Below are positions 26,949 through 37,160 of a stretch of DNA of 64,000 bases, one piece after another. The translations under genes were made by a program, and so were the position numbers. This DNA comes from Bacteroidales bacterium (GTDB lineage: Bacteria; Bacteroidota; Bacteroidia; Bacteroidales; UBA3663). Positions within the stretch are counted from its first letter, which is position 1; every line of letters starts with the position of its first letter. Where the stretch lies: NCBI GenBank assembly GCA_045627785.1, contig JAZQOF010000012.1:1238-65237 (forward strand), written 5' to 3'. The notes beneath the pieces were generated by a model. The model did no database searches and had not been told where the DNA came from. It saw nothing but the letters and a program-made list of their open reading frames with translations.

Positions 26949-28178
26949 TTATGCTGTAGGTTTATTCATTTGGATTTTGTATCGTTTGCCACTTTCAAAA
27001 GTTCTGTCATTAGGAAGTGGGAGAGGTGCACTCCAACGGTTCTTCCCTTGGCGAAGCCAAATTGTCGGAACTGTATTTTCTGGTACTGTATAAGGAGGGA
27101 TTATAAGCAGGAACGTTTTATTATCTAACTTATATGCAGTATAGGTCCCTGTCTGCTCTACACCAGTAAGTGGAATGTTTGTATTTGTGCCATCAAAATT
27201 AGGACGGTCATATGTTTGACCATTAGCTTGTGGCGTCAAAGCTTTACGTTCAATTCTACTAGCTGATTGATTTATTGAAACGATGCCAAGAACCTTACCA
27301 TTCTCTTCATAGCTACATGCTGAACGTTGCCATTCTCCATAATTAGGACGAGATTTGATACGTGCGGCATAATAATTACCAATAATGATTTCCTGTTGGT
27401 CGATGTCTGGCATATTCTCAAGAGTCATTACAACCTCTGGAGCTGATTCTGAAGTGTCAAGTGAGAAATCGTCGCTTAGTGTTATCTTCAGCGCAGCCAT
27501 CTTATGCTGGAAACTCAAAGTGATATTCTCTGTGCCGGCTTGCATGAAAGACTGAGCCCATAGCACATCACTCGCTTTGTAGTTCTCTACGCGGCGTTGG
27601 TCAGCTTTGAAAATATTGCTGAATGATAGGATAATGCTACCGCCAGGCTTTGCATCTGACGAGATAATATGATGAATCTCTTCCGTCCATGTTGTTGCAG
27701 TATAGACATAAGGAGTAGCTTGTGGCGAATAGATATTACCATGGGAATTACTCGCCTTTAAGTCACCATCAAAATCGAATCCGCGACCAGATTGTATTAC
27801 TGTCCAACTACCAGTTGCCAGTCCTCCTTGAGTGCTGGCTTTGGCTCTCTTCCATTCATAGTGTCTCCAGTTATCGAAAGTATTTCCCCATGTACTCTCT
27901 CCATATTCAGAAGAGTCAACGAATGGAGCAACAATATTTAATCGGATCATATCGCCAACTTTTGTGTCTGTACCTTCTTCAAAACTGGTTCCTTCAATAT
28001 TTGCACGTGTAGCAGGCAAGGTATTGCCCTGTTCGTCTGTATCTATAAACGAATTTATGTTTGAACGCATAGCGGACAGCGGAAGTTCCTTTACGGATTC
28101 CGATATTGAAATCTCGGCATCGTCATTGCAAGCGATAAGCAGAGCCGCTGCACAAATATATAGTATTTTCTTTGTCAT
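26949..28178 (-). CDS. fimbrillin-superfamily lipoprotein (single module)
   Basis: 409 aa. Lipobox LIACNDD. Arg site PATRAN. Strand motif SFQHKMAALKITL. Confidence 0.65.
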   Translation of the reverse strand: MTKKILYICAAALLIACNDDAEISISESVKELPLSAMRSNINSFIDTDEQGNTLPATRANIEGTSFEEGTDTKVGDMIRLNIVAPFVDSSEYGESTWGNTFDNWRHYEWKRAKASTQGGLATGSWTVIQSGRGFDFDGDLKASNSHGNIYSPQATPYVYTATTWTEEIHHIISSDAKPGGSIILSFSNIFKADQRRVENYKASDVLWAQSFMQAGTENITLSFQHKMAALKITLSDDFSLDTSESAPEVVMTLENMPDIDQQEIIIGNYYAARIKSRPNYGEWQRSACSYEENGKVLGIVSINQSASRIERKALTPQANGQTYDRPNFDGTNTNIPLTGVEQTGTYTAYKLDNKTFLLIIPPYTVPENTVPTIWLRQGKNRWSAPLPLPNDRTFESGKRYKIQMNKPTA

Positions 28179-28182
28179 TGTA

Positions 28183-31137
28183 TCAATTTAACTCATTCAG
28201 AACGGCACGCCAAAGTGTATTGGAATCCAGATTCGTAGCAAGATTATGTTCTGATTTCTTTAACTCAGGATATTTATTGGCATATCCCTTTTCGTCTATA
28301 TAATAGCGCATCTTACACTTTTGTATATCTTCACCTCCAGAATAATTCGAATTATATCTGGCTATACCATAATTCAATGCCTTCCAAGGAGCAACACCGT
28401 AAATCTCAATCTTTCGATTGTCGTCCATCTTGTTCCACACAGTCTGGGCATCGACGAGATAGTCATTCTTTGCACAGATGATATGAGTTGGAACACCTCG
28501 CAGGTATTGGAGACGATGGATAGATGAATATTCTTTGCCATCTTTGTCATTACGAACTTTTCTAGGCTCCAATTTTTCACTATAATAGTTATAGTTGTTT
28601 TTATATGCAAGAGCTCCATTCCAAAGTTCAGTATCGTAATAATTGCAAGATACACGAGTCCACCACACATCTCCTACTGGTCGATGATCTTGTATTTCAT
28701 AAATAATAACATGGTCTGAATCTGTAAGATAATTTGCTCGAGCAATACCAAGTGCTGGGTTCCCGGAGTTTGTGCTATATGCTGCCTGTAAACATCCATA
28801 CATATAATGATTCTCCATATTATTGACCAATGGAGCACCAGTATTGTACACTGTGTTTGCGCCCATGTAATAATGCGCACATCCGATGAAATAGCAATTG
28901 CCATAGGCCTCATTCGCCAATGTTCCTGTTTGAGAAGGCGCATAGACTGCACAGCCAAGAATGCGCTCATTCCATGCTTTACCGCAGATGCTCAATGGAT
29001 GAGTAGATTCAACTATCAGGTTTGCGATTGTTCCATCCTGAGCATAGGCAAACAGCATTCCATCCTTAAGTCCGTCGGCAACACCGCCATTAAAGGTCGT
29101 AATGTAATTGGTTACATCGGTAAAGCTGTTCTTATTGTCTCTGGCTGTCAGTTTGCGGATATAAAGATTTTGAACCTTATGTCCGTCACCATCGAAATGA
29201 CCAGCGAAACGTGTCGTATCTGTTTTGTTTTCACCAATTGAATATGTTTTTCCTCCAATAGGTTCAAGAGGAATGTCCGACAAATCAATATCTGCCGACA
29301 ATGTTATTGTCCAACGGCGACCTACCTGTTCGTTAAAGAATGAGAACGGTGTTTTCAAATAGTCTTCTTCTATGATAGTTGCCTGAGTACCGACAGAAGG
29401 TGTATAACTATTATAAATTATATATCCTTCCTCTATCAGCTCTCCTTTAGATACCCATAATGTGTCACGACCTGATGATGTGAGCCTTGTTCCTCGGTAC
29501 CATCTTACAATATGCGAAGATTTGCCTGTAGCTTTATCTTTGACGATTGAGACAGTCTTCTCTAGTTTTGATCCAGCAGATGGACCTCTCTTGAAATTAC
29601 CATTTACTATGTTGACAAATTCCTGAAATTCTTCAGCTGTCTTTATTTCAAAGCTCGGTTTATATTCATCTCCATTGTCGGCAGTATTTTTTACCGCCGT
29701 ATTCATTGCATCAATCCACCATTTGTAAGAAATTGTGCTATCGGCTGCAGCGTAAGGATCAACAACCTTGTCGATTGAAGTGATATCTTGAGAGTCTTGT
29801 TCTGCCCAAGAAAAGTTGTCATAGGCATGAACGGAGAAGGTCTTGTGCCAATAGCCAACTGTGAAAAGATAACTATATCCACTTTTAAGCTCTATGCCAT
29901 TAGGGAACATCTCGGTGTTATCAGAATTCTTGATATCAGCGAGCGAAAATATGTGGTAATTATTTTCAGAAGTGCCAGGTTTGTCTGTAACATTGTCCGG
30001 TTGCTGGAAATCTCCATTGTTTACATCTCTCAACCATATTCGAACACGAGTGAAAGGTGGGAGAATTATAGGAGTACCAGATGTCTCAGCGTTACTCATA
30101 TCGTATGGTGTAGTTACCATATAATATCGGCTATCTGCAGTAGATATAAAACCAGGGCGTTTAATACTTTCGGCTATATACTCGGGTGTCATGTCGTTGT
30201 GTCCGTATTTTGATTCATTATTAGCTTCGTCACATATCAACAACGACACATCTTCGGTATTTACACCTGCAGGCCAGCACATTCTCTCATAGGCAGCTTT
30301 GACAGCCTCAGCTCTTGCTTTTGCTTCTTCTTCTGTTGGAGCTTTATCATTCTGGTCGTTTTCAAAACTATCGGCATTGTCATTACGCATATAGTCATGC
30401 CAGTCTGTAGTTATTTCGACTCTGGTCAAAACATTCTCTTCGCGTGGAATAAATCCAAGACGACACCCGAGATGCTTCATCGACATAGGGATCTGTTCTG
30501 TCGGACCTGCTACTGTTACCCAATCACAGGTCATGTAATCTGGATAATTGATTGTGGTTACGCCAGGTCTTGATGGATTGGTCGGGTCTGCTAAAGTATT
30601 TCCCATGCCACTCAATACCCACGCACGGAAACGTACAGTCTGACCATTCTCCCATATAATGGAGTCTTTTTCCGAAAGTTTCTTAGAATAGGAATGTGTG
30701 TCATTTTCCCAGTCGGTACCATTCCATTTCTTTGCAGTTTCGGTTTCATGATTGGTGTAACTTTGATCGGTGAAACAAAACCATTTTCCTGTATAAGGCT
30801 TCCAGGAAGTCTTGTCGAAGATACCAGTTGCACCATTATTCATGTCAGTGTATTTATACAGAGTTCCAGGAGGAGTATGGTAATCCCATTTGCCAGTTGC
30901 CTTATTATAGTATTGGCGATAGATATACATCATGTCACCGGTGTTGAATTGACCGTCATGTTTCCATCCGCCAGCACGAGTCTCTAAACTCTCAACAAAT
31001 GGTTGAAAGTTAACAGCACTGCCTATCAGCGACATGTCAACAGGCTGTGATGTGTCGATATTCAGAATTTCGTCTTCGTAGTCTTTACAAGAAAAGAAGA
31101 TTAGATAAACTGCTAATATGTATAAATATTTTCTCAT
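28183..31137 (-). CDS. fimbrillin-superfamily lipoprotein with C-terminal GLUG-like/beta-helix-like adhesin module
   Basis: 984 aa. Lipobox FFSCKD. Arg site LETRAG. Strand motif SMKHLGCRLGFIP. IKTAEEFQEFVNIVNG, FAGHFDGDGHKVQNLYI, FNGGVADGLKDGMLFAYAQDGTIANL. Confidence 0.7.
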   Translation of the reverse strand: MRKYLYILAVYLIFFSCKDYEDEILNIDTSQPVDMSLIGSAVNFQPFVESLETRAGGWKHDGQFNTGDMMYIYRQYYNKATGKWDYHTPPGTLYKYTDMNNGATGIFDKTSWKPYTGKWFCFTDQSYTNHETETAKKWNGTDWENDTHSYSKKLSEKDSIIWENGQTVRFRAWVLSGMGNTLADPTNPSRPGVTTINYPDYMTCDWVTVAGPTEQIPMSMKHLGCRLGFIPREENVLTRVEITTDWHDYMRNDNADSFENDQNDKAPTEEEAKARAEAVKAAYERMCWPAGVNTEDVSLLICDEANNESKYGHNDMTPEYIAESIKRPGFISTADSRYYMVTTPYDMSNAETSGTPIILPPFTRVRIWLRDVNNGDFQQPDNVTDKPGTSENNYHIFSLADIKNSDNTEMFPNGIELKSGYSYLFTVGYWHKTFSVHAYDNFSWAEQDSQDITSIDKVVDPYAAADSTISYKWWIDAMNTAVKNTADNGDEYKPSFEIKTAEEFQEFVNIVNGNFKRGPSAGSKLEKTVSIVKDKATGKSSHIVRWYRGTRLTSSGRDTLWVSKGELIEEGYIIYNSYTPSVGTQATIIEEDYLKTPFSFFNEQVGRRWTITLSADIDLSDIPLEPIGGKTYSIGENKTDTTRFAGHFDGDGHKVQNLYIRKLTARDNKNSFTDVTNYITTFNGGVADGLKDGMLFAYAQDGTIANLIVESTHPLSICGKAWNERILGCAVYAPSQTGTLANEAYGNCYFIGCAHYYMGANTVYNTGAPLVNNMENHYMYGCLQAAYSTNSGNPALGIARANYLTDSDHVIIYEIQDHRPVGDVWWTRVSCNYYDTELWNGALAYKNNYNYYSEKLEPRKVRNDKDGKEYSSIHRLQYLRGVPTHIICAKNDYLVDAQTVWNKMDDNRKIEIYGVAPWKALNYGIARYNSNYSGGEDIQKCKMRYYIDEKGYANKYPELKKSEHNLATNLDSNTLWRAVLNELN

Positions 31138-31139
31138 TA

Positions 31140-34034
31140 TTAGTTATATCTTGGAATGTCAACAATATTCTGTAAGATTCCTCTATCATGGTTCTTACAG
31201 TTTATAATGTATCCGTTTACTTTGTCAGTCTGTTCCTTGCCCATTGTGATGTCTGTTGGGAAGAAATATCCACCAGAAATCTCGACATTAAGGATCTCGC
31301 CGCGATATCCGGTATATGGTACCCAGTTATATTGGGTTGTGTTATTATTAGCTTTATTAGGCTCTGCATGAACATTTGCTTCCCAAATACCATGATTATT
31401 TGAATAGTTTTTAAGTTGATCATATGTCGGATGCTCAACGTAAGTAGTGCCATTCAGGAATTCCTGTAAAGTGACATACATTCCATTCAATCCTGTAAAC
31501 AGGTATCCGTTTCGTCCTTCAGTTGAATGTTCTTCCAAATAAACAGAATGTGGGTCAAGTTTGAATTTCGAGAACGAAGTCGGTGTCTTTTTATAATAGT
31601 ACTTTTGTATAGTACCAGTATTGTTTATTTCATTTATTGTTCCTGCTTTCAATGCATTCAAGACATCTGTATCGGTGACCTTCACCATTATATAATATGT
31701 CTTTTCTTCATCCGCCCTTGTCTTGCCTGAAGCAGCACGAGTCCAACCGTCACCACGATTCTCATTTCCACCAACATCATTGAGATTGTTGTTATCCCAA
31801 CTGCCATCTCCACGGTTTTCATTTCCATTGACTGCATCGAGATTAGGAATCACCCATTCTCCTTCACCTCGCTCTTCAACGCTTTCGATAACATTCAGAT
31901 TCGGAATTACCCATTCTCCTTCACCTCGCTCTTCAATATTGTCTATCTTGAAAAGTTCGTAGAGTTCTGGAAGATTGTAATTTCTAATGTTTGTACTACC
32001 GTTTGCGTATGTGATGTCCTTTAAATCTTTAATTACAGAACTATCGTTTGCCGTTACATATTTTTCTGTCATGTGCGTATTAGCCAAAGTAATCTTATGA
32101 CCTTTACCGTCAAGATGACCTGTGAATATAAAGTCATTCGGGATAAGGCGCATATCTATTTCGATATCCTTATCGAGCATGAAGTAATATCCATGACGGT
32201 CGCCATGTTCTGTAGGCATCTTGTTTTCGGAGTCAAATGTAGCCCATGCTTTGGCAAATTCTTTTGTCCATTCCAGAGAGTTCATATATTGTCCACGTCC
32301 AGTGGATGAAGCATCTACATTATCATCGTCATATTTGTTGCCATCAGTTACGTTTTTGTCCTGATCGTCGTTTCTGATAGCTCTCTGCCAGCTGCTTCCT
32401 GCCTCTGACAAATTATGTGTTATTATATCTTCTCCATTATCTATTCCATAGTAACCATCTGCTTTTGAAGTCTCATTCCATGTCTCGTAAGACGATTCAT
32501 CATAACTGATACCTTCACGGTCGATGGTAAGATAGACAACTGTTTGCTGATTCGCATTCAGATCGAATGTGAATGTCTTGGAATACTGCAATCCAGACTC
32601 CAACTCTAATTCAAATAGAATTGAGTTGTTCTGATTATATAAGCTATGTATTTTTGTATCATTGGTCGAACCATCTGAATTATAATAACCAGCCTCATCG
32701 TACATTACATTATCGTATGTGTTGTTGTATGTCGGACGGACAATGATATCATAAATCGGCACCTTTGTGTAAGCATGTCGACGATATCCGCTTTCATCGT
32801 CTGCTTTTGTTACTTGGGGATCTGTCATCGCATCGTTACCGGTTGCACCGCCTTTTGTACGATAGTTCTGATGAATTGTTTTCCACCCAGAGTCACGAGG
32901 ATATGTTTTCTTGGCGTCTTTGGTGTTTTCATATACAATGAAATAACTATTTGCGTCTGCATCAGAAACACCTTCAACTACCGCACCAGTTTTGGTTGCG
33001 CTTTTATTTACCTCATCAAAGAAATGAGGTATTACGCGTCTCGCAGGTTTTATTTGTTCTGGATCATTATATTCTCCAGAATATCCACCTTTCCAGATAG
33101 GTGTAAGTGTGGATACATTTACTTCTGTACCATCATGTCCAACAGTTTTGGATCCAACTTCTACGTGATCCAAAACTTTTACATTATTGAAATGGAAATA
33201 AGTAGTTGACGGGTCATCTTTTTGGGTAAAATTTCCTTCACTATCGCGCACGGCACTAGTGTATCCTCGTAGTGTGGTATTCAGTGATTCGTCAATCAAA
33301 ACATACGCAAGCACACGGCCAAGTCTGTGTTTGAACGGTAAGTTTACCTGATCGATTGTCGCACTTTTCTTCCAGCTTGGAGGCATACCTATATAGTGGG
33401 AGAGAAGTGTATAGTTGCCAATTGTTTCGCTTGGGGTTCCATCTGTTCCGTCGCTATAATCACTATCATCATGTTGATCTGATGTTAAAGTCGCAGGAAA
33501 TGTGTTATTAGTGCCATCGGTATTCTTGTTTCGGATTTCAGCCGGCACATATTGTCCTTCGAAATAATGGAGACCATTGTCGTTCCATTTTGCAGGAATT
33601 TCAGTGTTTTTGTATATAAAAGTATATTCACCTCGGGCATTAGTGCCAGTTCCTTCTACACGTCCTGTCCATTTTAATATGGCAACTCGTTCATTGGCTT
33701 TATCGCGAACTTCTTTTACTTTTCCGTTTGCGTCTTTGCTTTCAGTCATGTTCGAATAGGTGATGTCAATGCCATTTGTCAATGCACCTATCAGCCACTT
33801 AACTTCTTCAGCTCTTTTTGAAGTAAAGTTTTCTTCAACAGCGCGAGATGTCATACTGTTATTCTCAACAGTGACTTCAAGCTCTTCTGCAATTGCACTT
33901 ACATTGATTGGAGTTCCTGCTAAAGAGTATTCTTCAGTTCCGACATTGTCGTCAATATCCTTGCATGAGGTAAAGCCCCATACTACAAGAATAGAAAATG
34001 CTGAATATATAATATATCTCAATTGTTGCTTCAT
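31140..34034 (-). CDS. fimbrillin-superfamily lipoprotein with RG[DE]G repeat insert and C-terminal adhesin-like module
   Basis: 964 aa. Lipobox FTSCKD. Arg site MTSRAV. Strand motif PFKHRLGRVLAYV. FTGHLDGKGHKITLAN. Repeat EERGEGEWVIPNL x2 and NENRGDG(S)W x2. Confidence 0.7.
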   Translation of the reverse strand: MKQQLRYIIYSAFSILVVWGFTSCKDIDDNVGTEEYSLAGTPINVSAIAEELEVTVENNSMTSRAVEENFTSKRAEEVKWLIGALTNGIDITYSNMTESKDANGKVKEVRDKANERVAILKWTGRVEGTGTNARGEYTFIYKNTEIPAKWNDNGLHYFEGQYVPAEIRNKNTDGTNNTFPATLTSDQHDDSDYSDGTDGTPSETIGNYTLLSHYIGMPPSWKKSATIDQVNLPFKHRLGRVLAYVLIDESLNTTLRGYTSAVRDSEGNFTQKDDPSTTYFHFNNVKVLDHVEVGSKTVGHDGTEVNVSTLTPIWKGGYSGEYNDPEQIKPARRVIPHFFDEVNKSATKTGAVVEGVSDADANSYFIVYENTKDAKKTYPRDSGWKTIHQNYRTKGGATGNDAMTDPQVTKADDESGYRRHAYTKVPIYDIIVRPTYNNTYDNVMYDEAGYYNSDGSTNDTKIHSLYNQNNSILFELELESGLQYSKTFTFDLNANQQTVVYLTIDREGISYDESSYETWNETSKADGYYGIDNGEDIITHNLSEAGSSWQRAIRNDDQDKNVTDGNKYDDDNVDASSTGRGQYMNSLEWTKEFAKAWATFDSENKMPTEHGDRHGYYFMLDKDIEIDMRLIPNDFIFTGHLDGKGHKITLANTHMTEKYVTANDSSVIKDLKDITYANGSTNIRNYNLPELYELFKIDNIEERGEGEWVIPNLNVIESVEERGEGEWVIPNLDAVNGNENRGDGSWDNNNLNDVGGNENRGDGWTRAASGKTRADEEKTYYIMVKVTDTDVLNALKAGTINEINNTGTIQKYYYKKTPTSFSKFKLDPHSVYLEEHSTEGRNGYLFTGLNGMYVTLQEFLNGTTYVEHPTYDQLKNYSNNHGIWEANVHAEPNKANNNTTQYNWVPYTGYRGEILNVEISGGYFFPTDITMGKEQTDKVNGYIINCKNHDRGILQNIVDIPRYN
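31744..31948 (-). repeat. in-frame tandem repeat encoding four [EN]-[EN]-R-G-[ED]-G-x-W units (two RGD tripeptides)
   Basis: The DNA repeat attacccattctccttcacctcgctcttcaa occurs twice, with two diverged copies. Translation: IEERGEGEWVIPNLNVIESVEERGEGEWVIPNLDAVNGNENRGDGSWDNNNLNDVGGNENRGDGW. Confidence 0.9.
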
Positions 34035-34051
34035 TATTCTAATCTATTGTC

Positions 34052-37000
34052 TTACATACCTCGTTGTGGCTGAATACCATTCTTTCTGCCGAGTACTTGA
34101 ACAGCTTCAGCCTCGGTGAGGTTTCCGGCTGCATTTCCAACACTCCACCAGTTACCGTCACATCCGGAGTCAATACCATTATACAAATTGGTATTATCGT
34201 TTGTACTGTATTCTGTCATACCAACTATAGCACCTGCAGGCGACCAATTAGGATTGTCAAGAGGTGCTTCTTCACCCCACCAGGATGCGCAATCCTTAAT
34301 TAATGTATTAGGTAGGTCATTAATTCCCTCTACGCTAGATATCGCAACACCACCCACGATACCTCCACGATATTTCTTAGTGGAATTACCCGAGTAGGTT
34401 GTTTTTATGGATCCGTAGAAATGACAACCGCTGAAAGTCGCAATATTGCTCAGCGCAGCTATTCCTCCAGCATATTTTGTGGCATCGGTATCATTATACC
34501 CATCTGAAAATGTAACTTGAAGATTTGCATCAATTTTGCAATCTTCAATCTTAGCGTTGTTGAATGCCCATACTATAAGACCGGCAGGAACTGGCGCTTG
34601 GATTTTTACTTCGTCATTTGTAGTTACATTGATATTCTGTAAACGAGCAGTTGTACCATGTACAGAATATGCGAGCGGTGCAATGCTCTCTGTGTTGTCT
34701 GTTGTTGCAGTAATCAGAGACTCTGTACACTCAATAGTAAAGTCATGGAAATAGCCAGTGATGTTTGAGAATATCATCTGTCCATTTGTTTTAATGGTCT
34801 TGCCATTACCATCTAATTCGAATGCAAGGTCGTAGCTATCTGTACCATTTATGCGTGCAACACCTTTGTTCCAGGTATTGTCAATGGTGAAATCGTTGGC
34901 GATGCGGAACTTCTTAGTATTATTACCACTTCCAGGATAGTCAGTTATTAATTTGTATAATTCAGCTTGGCTGTCAATAACATTGTTATATGATGCATTT
35001 GTATTGCTATTCGGATTTTCACTTTTCCCTATCTCGTTAGGATCAATTGTAGGCCATGAATTGCCATAAGCATCTAGATACAACTTGTCGGTAGTATCGC
35101 TTGTCGTATTTGCAATGATGTTGGCATAAATATAAATATGACTATCCTCTGTTGTTCCGCTTACTTGCGACAGAGTCATGCCATAATTGAAAGTATTGTA
35201 AGTTACGCGGTTCTCTGCATATCCAACAATACCTGCACAGCCTGTAAAACTGTTGTCTGTTGCACCTACACGACCGTTCATTGTACAGTGATCAATAATC
35301 GGAAGTGTGCCATACTTTGTTATAGGGTTTTGTGGATCTGTACTATCCTCCCAAGTATATTGCTTACTTTCTCCGGCAATACCTCCTATGTATCCATTAT
35401 AACCTGCAATGCCTTTTACCTGCAGATCACTTTGACAATATAGGATTTCTCCATAGTTAACAGCACAGACACTTCCTTGTGTAGCATAAGTGCTCTGATA
35501 TACTTCATCGTCTTCAACTGTAATGTTGATATGGTCGATGACACCAAAGTTGTTCTCGCACACAGCACCTGTTATTCTTGTGCTAGAGGCGTTTCTGTCT
35601 CCTGTGATATTTATTGTGCCGTTGATCAAAGATCCATTTTCTGAAATTTTGGTAAGGAACTGTCCTGCACTTGAAATCTTACATCCTGCGAGGTTAAGAG
35701 CACATTTTAGTTCTTGAGGTACCCAATTAGAATCTTTTCCAAGTCCTGGTTTATATCCATCCTTTAATACGTCGGCAATCTCACATCCATCAGCAAGAGT
35801 GGACTTTTCAAGGTCAAGAGTTGGAGCTGAAATCAAAGCGATATTTCCGGCCTTGTTCAGTTCCTGGTCTTTTAGGAATGCGAGAAGCTCATCGCGCGAC
35901 TGAATGATTATTGGGTCTCCGTTATAACCATAGTCATCGCACACAGAACCGAATGTAACTTCTTCCCAATCTTCTATTCTTGCAGAAATAAGTACAATCT
36001 TTTCTGTAGTAAGAGATGCTGTAATAGTAAGATGTTTGCCAGCAGTGAGGTTATACACCTCCATGTGACTGTCATTTGTAGTACTGCCATCATTAGACGG
36101 AGAATAAGTAAAGGTCATTCCTGATAGTTTGATCTTTCCTATCATATCTTCCAGCTTACCATCTCCACCGCGATAGTCATGAGGTTCGACAATTGCATGA
36201 AGAACCGTTGTATTGTTTTCTGTTTTGTCGTATGGCAATCCATTTTCTGCAGAATATTCTACAGTTCCAGGAACTCTCCAAGGAGTAATCTCATTGAATT
36301 CGTCCAGTGCATTTTCGGCATTATTCTTACTGTATATCACAGAACCCTTAAGGTTGTTCCTGGTGCTGGAATAGACCAGGGTCTTTCTTTCGACACCAAT
36401 TCCAGCCTTGAGAATGATTGTGATCCAAGCGCGTTGATGCTTCAGATACAAAGGCACTTTCTTATACTCATCTTCCGAGACAGGAGTCTGTTTCTTCTCT
36501 GCCCATCTGTTTTTATTATGCAGATACCATTTCTTGTTGCTTCGGAAATTGATGTTATCCACGTCGTCAAAACGACCAGGCATATAACTATAACCTATCA
36601 GCTTATCATTCGTCCAGAAATTGTATCCGGCGTGCTTTGTGATATCTTCAGATGTCTCATCAAGAGTGCTTGGGTCATCCTGGTCCAATGCCACCTCGTC
36701 ATTGTCACATGCAGTAACCATGAAGCCATAGGAATTCACATTGTCTGGCCAGTATAGAGGGATGTTGGCATCTTGGAAAGATGGAGTTAATGTCCCGTCG
36801 GCTTTTGTGTTGTCCTCATGTTCTTTGATGTCGTAATAAGCATCTGCAATCTTTGTCTCTGAGTCCGACTCCTTGTACATTGCAATCTTAAAATCGTAGA
36901 ATTTGTCCGAGGCTTTCTTGCCGACATATTCAAAATTATCTACTTCATATTTCTCATCCTTTGTATCACCATCTGCACGAGTGCTGCTACCGTTATGGCT

Positions 37001-37144
37001 CACGCTCACAAAACGGATTACTTCTCCTGTCATGTCAGGAACGCCAAGTTCTTCCTGGTCCTCATTTCTGTCAGGATCGGGGAGCATAGCATCGCTGCAT
37101 GCGAAAAGTGTAAATGCTAAAAATATGTATAGTAGATTCTTCAT
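34052..37144 (-). CDS. fimbrillin-superfamily lipoprotein with large C-terminal GLUG-motif adhesin region
   Basis: 1030 aa. Lipobox LFACSD. Arg site SSTRAD. Strand motif YLKHQRAWITIIL. Module end ARIEDWEEV. GLUG-like GYIGGIAGESKQ, CAGIVGYAEN, YAGGIAALSNIATFSGCHFYGS, YRGGIVGGVA. Confidence 0.72.
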   Translation of the reverse strand: MKNLLYIFLAFTLFACSDAMLPDPDRNEDQEELGVPDMTGEVIRFVSVSHNGSSTRADGDTKDEKYEVDNFEYVGKKASDKFYDFKIAMYKESDSETKIADAYYDIKEHEDNTKADGTLTPSFQDANIPLYWPDNVNSYGFMVTACDNDEVALDQDDPSTLDETSEDITKHAGYNFWTNDKLIGYSYMPGRFDDVDNINFRSNKKWYLHNKNRWAEKKQTPVSEDEYKKVPLYLKHQRAWITIILKAGIGVERKTLVYSSTRNNLKGSVIYSKNNAENALDEFNEITPWRVPGTVEYSAENGLPYDKTENNTTVLHAIVEPHDYRGGDGKLEDMIGKIKLSGMTFTYSPSNDGSTTNDSHMEVYNLTAGKHLTITASLTTEKIVLISARIEDWEEVTFGSVCDDYGYNGDPIIIQSRDELLAFLKDQELNKAGNIALISAPTLDLEKSTLADGCEIADVLKDGYKPGLGKDSNWVPQELKCALNLAGCKISSAGQFLTKISENGSLINGTINITGDRNASSTRITGAVCENNFGVIDHINITVEDDEVYQSTYATQGSVCAVNYGEILYCQSDLQVKGIAGYNGYIGGIAGESKQYTWEDSTDPQNPITKYGTLPIIDHCTMNGRVGATDNSFTGCAGIVGYAENRVTYNTFNYGMTLSQVSGTTEDSHIYIYANIIANTTSDTTDKLYLDAYGNSWPTIDPNEIGKSENPNSNTNASYNNVIDSQAELYKLITDYPGSGNNTKKFRIANDFTIDNTWNKGVARINGTDSYDLAFELDGNGKTIKTNGQMIFSNITGYFHDFTIECTESLITATTDNTESIAPLAYSVHGTTARLQNINVTTNDEVKIQAPVPAGLIVWAFNNAKIEDCKIDANLQVTFSDGYNDTDATKYAGGIAALSNIATFSGCHFYGSIKTTYSGNSTKKYRGGIVGGVAISSVEGINDLPNTLIKDCASWWGEEAPLDNPNWSPAGAIVGMTEYSTNDNTNLYNGIDSGCDGNWWSVGNAAGNLTEAEAVQVLGRKNGIQPQRGM

Positions 37145-37160
37145 TAATTGAAATGCCTTG

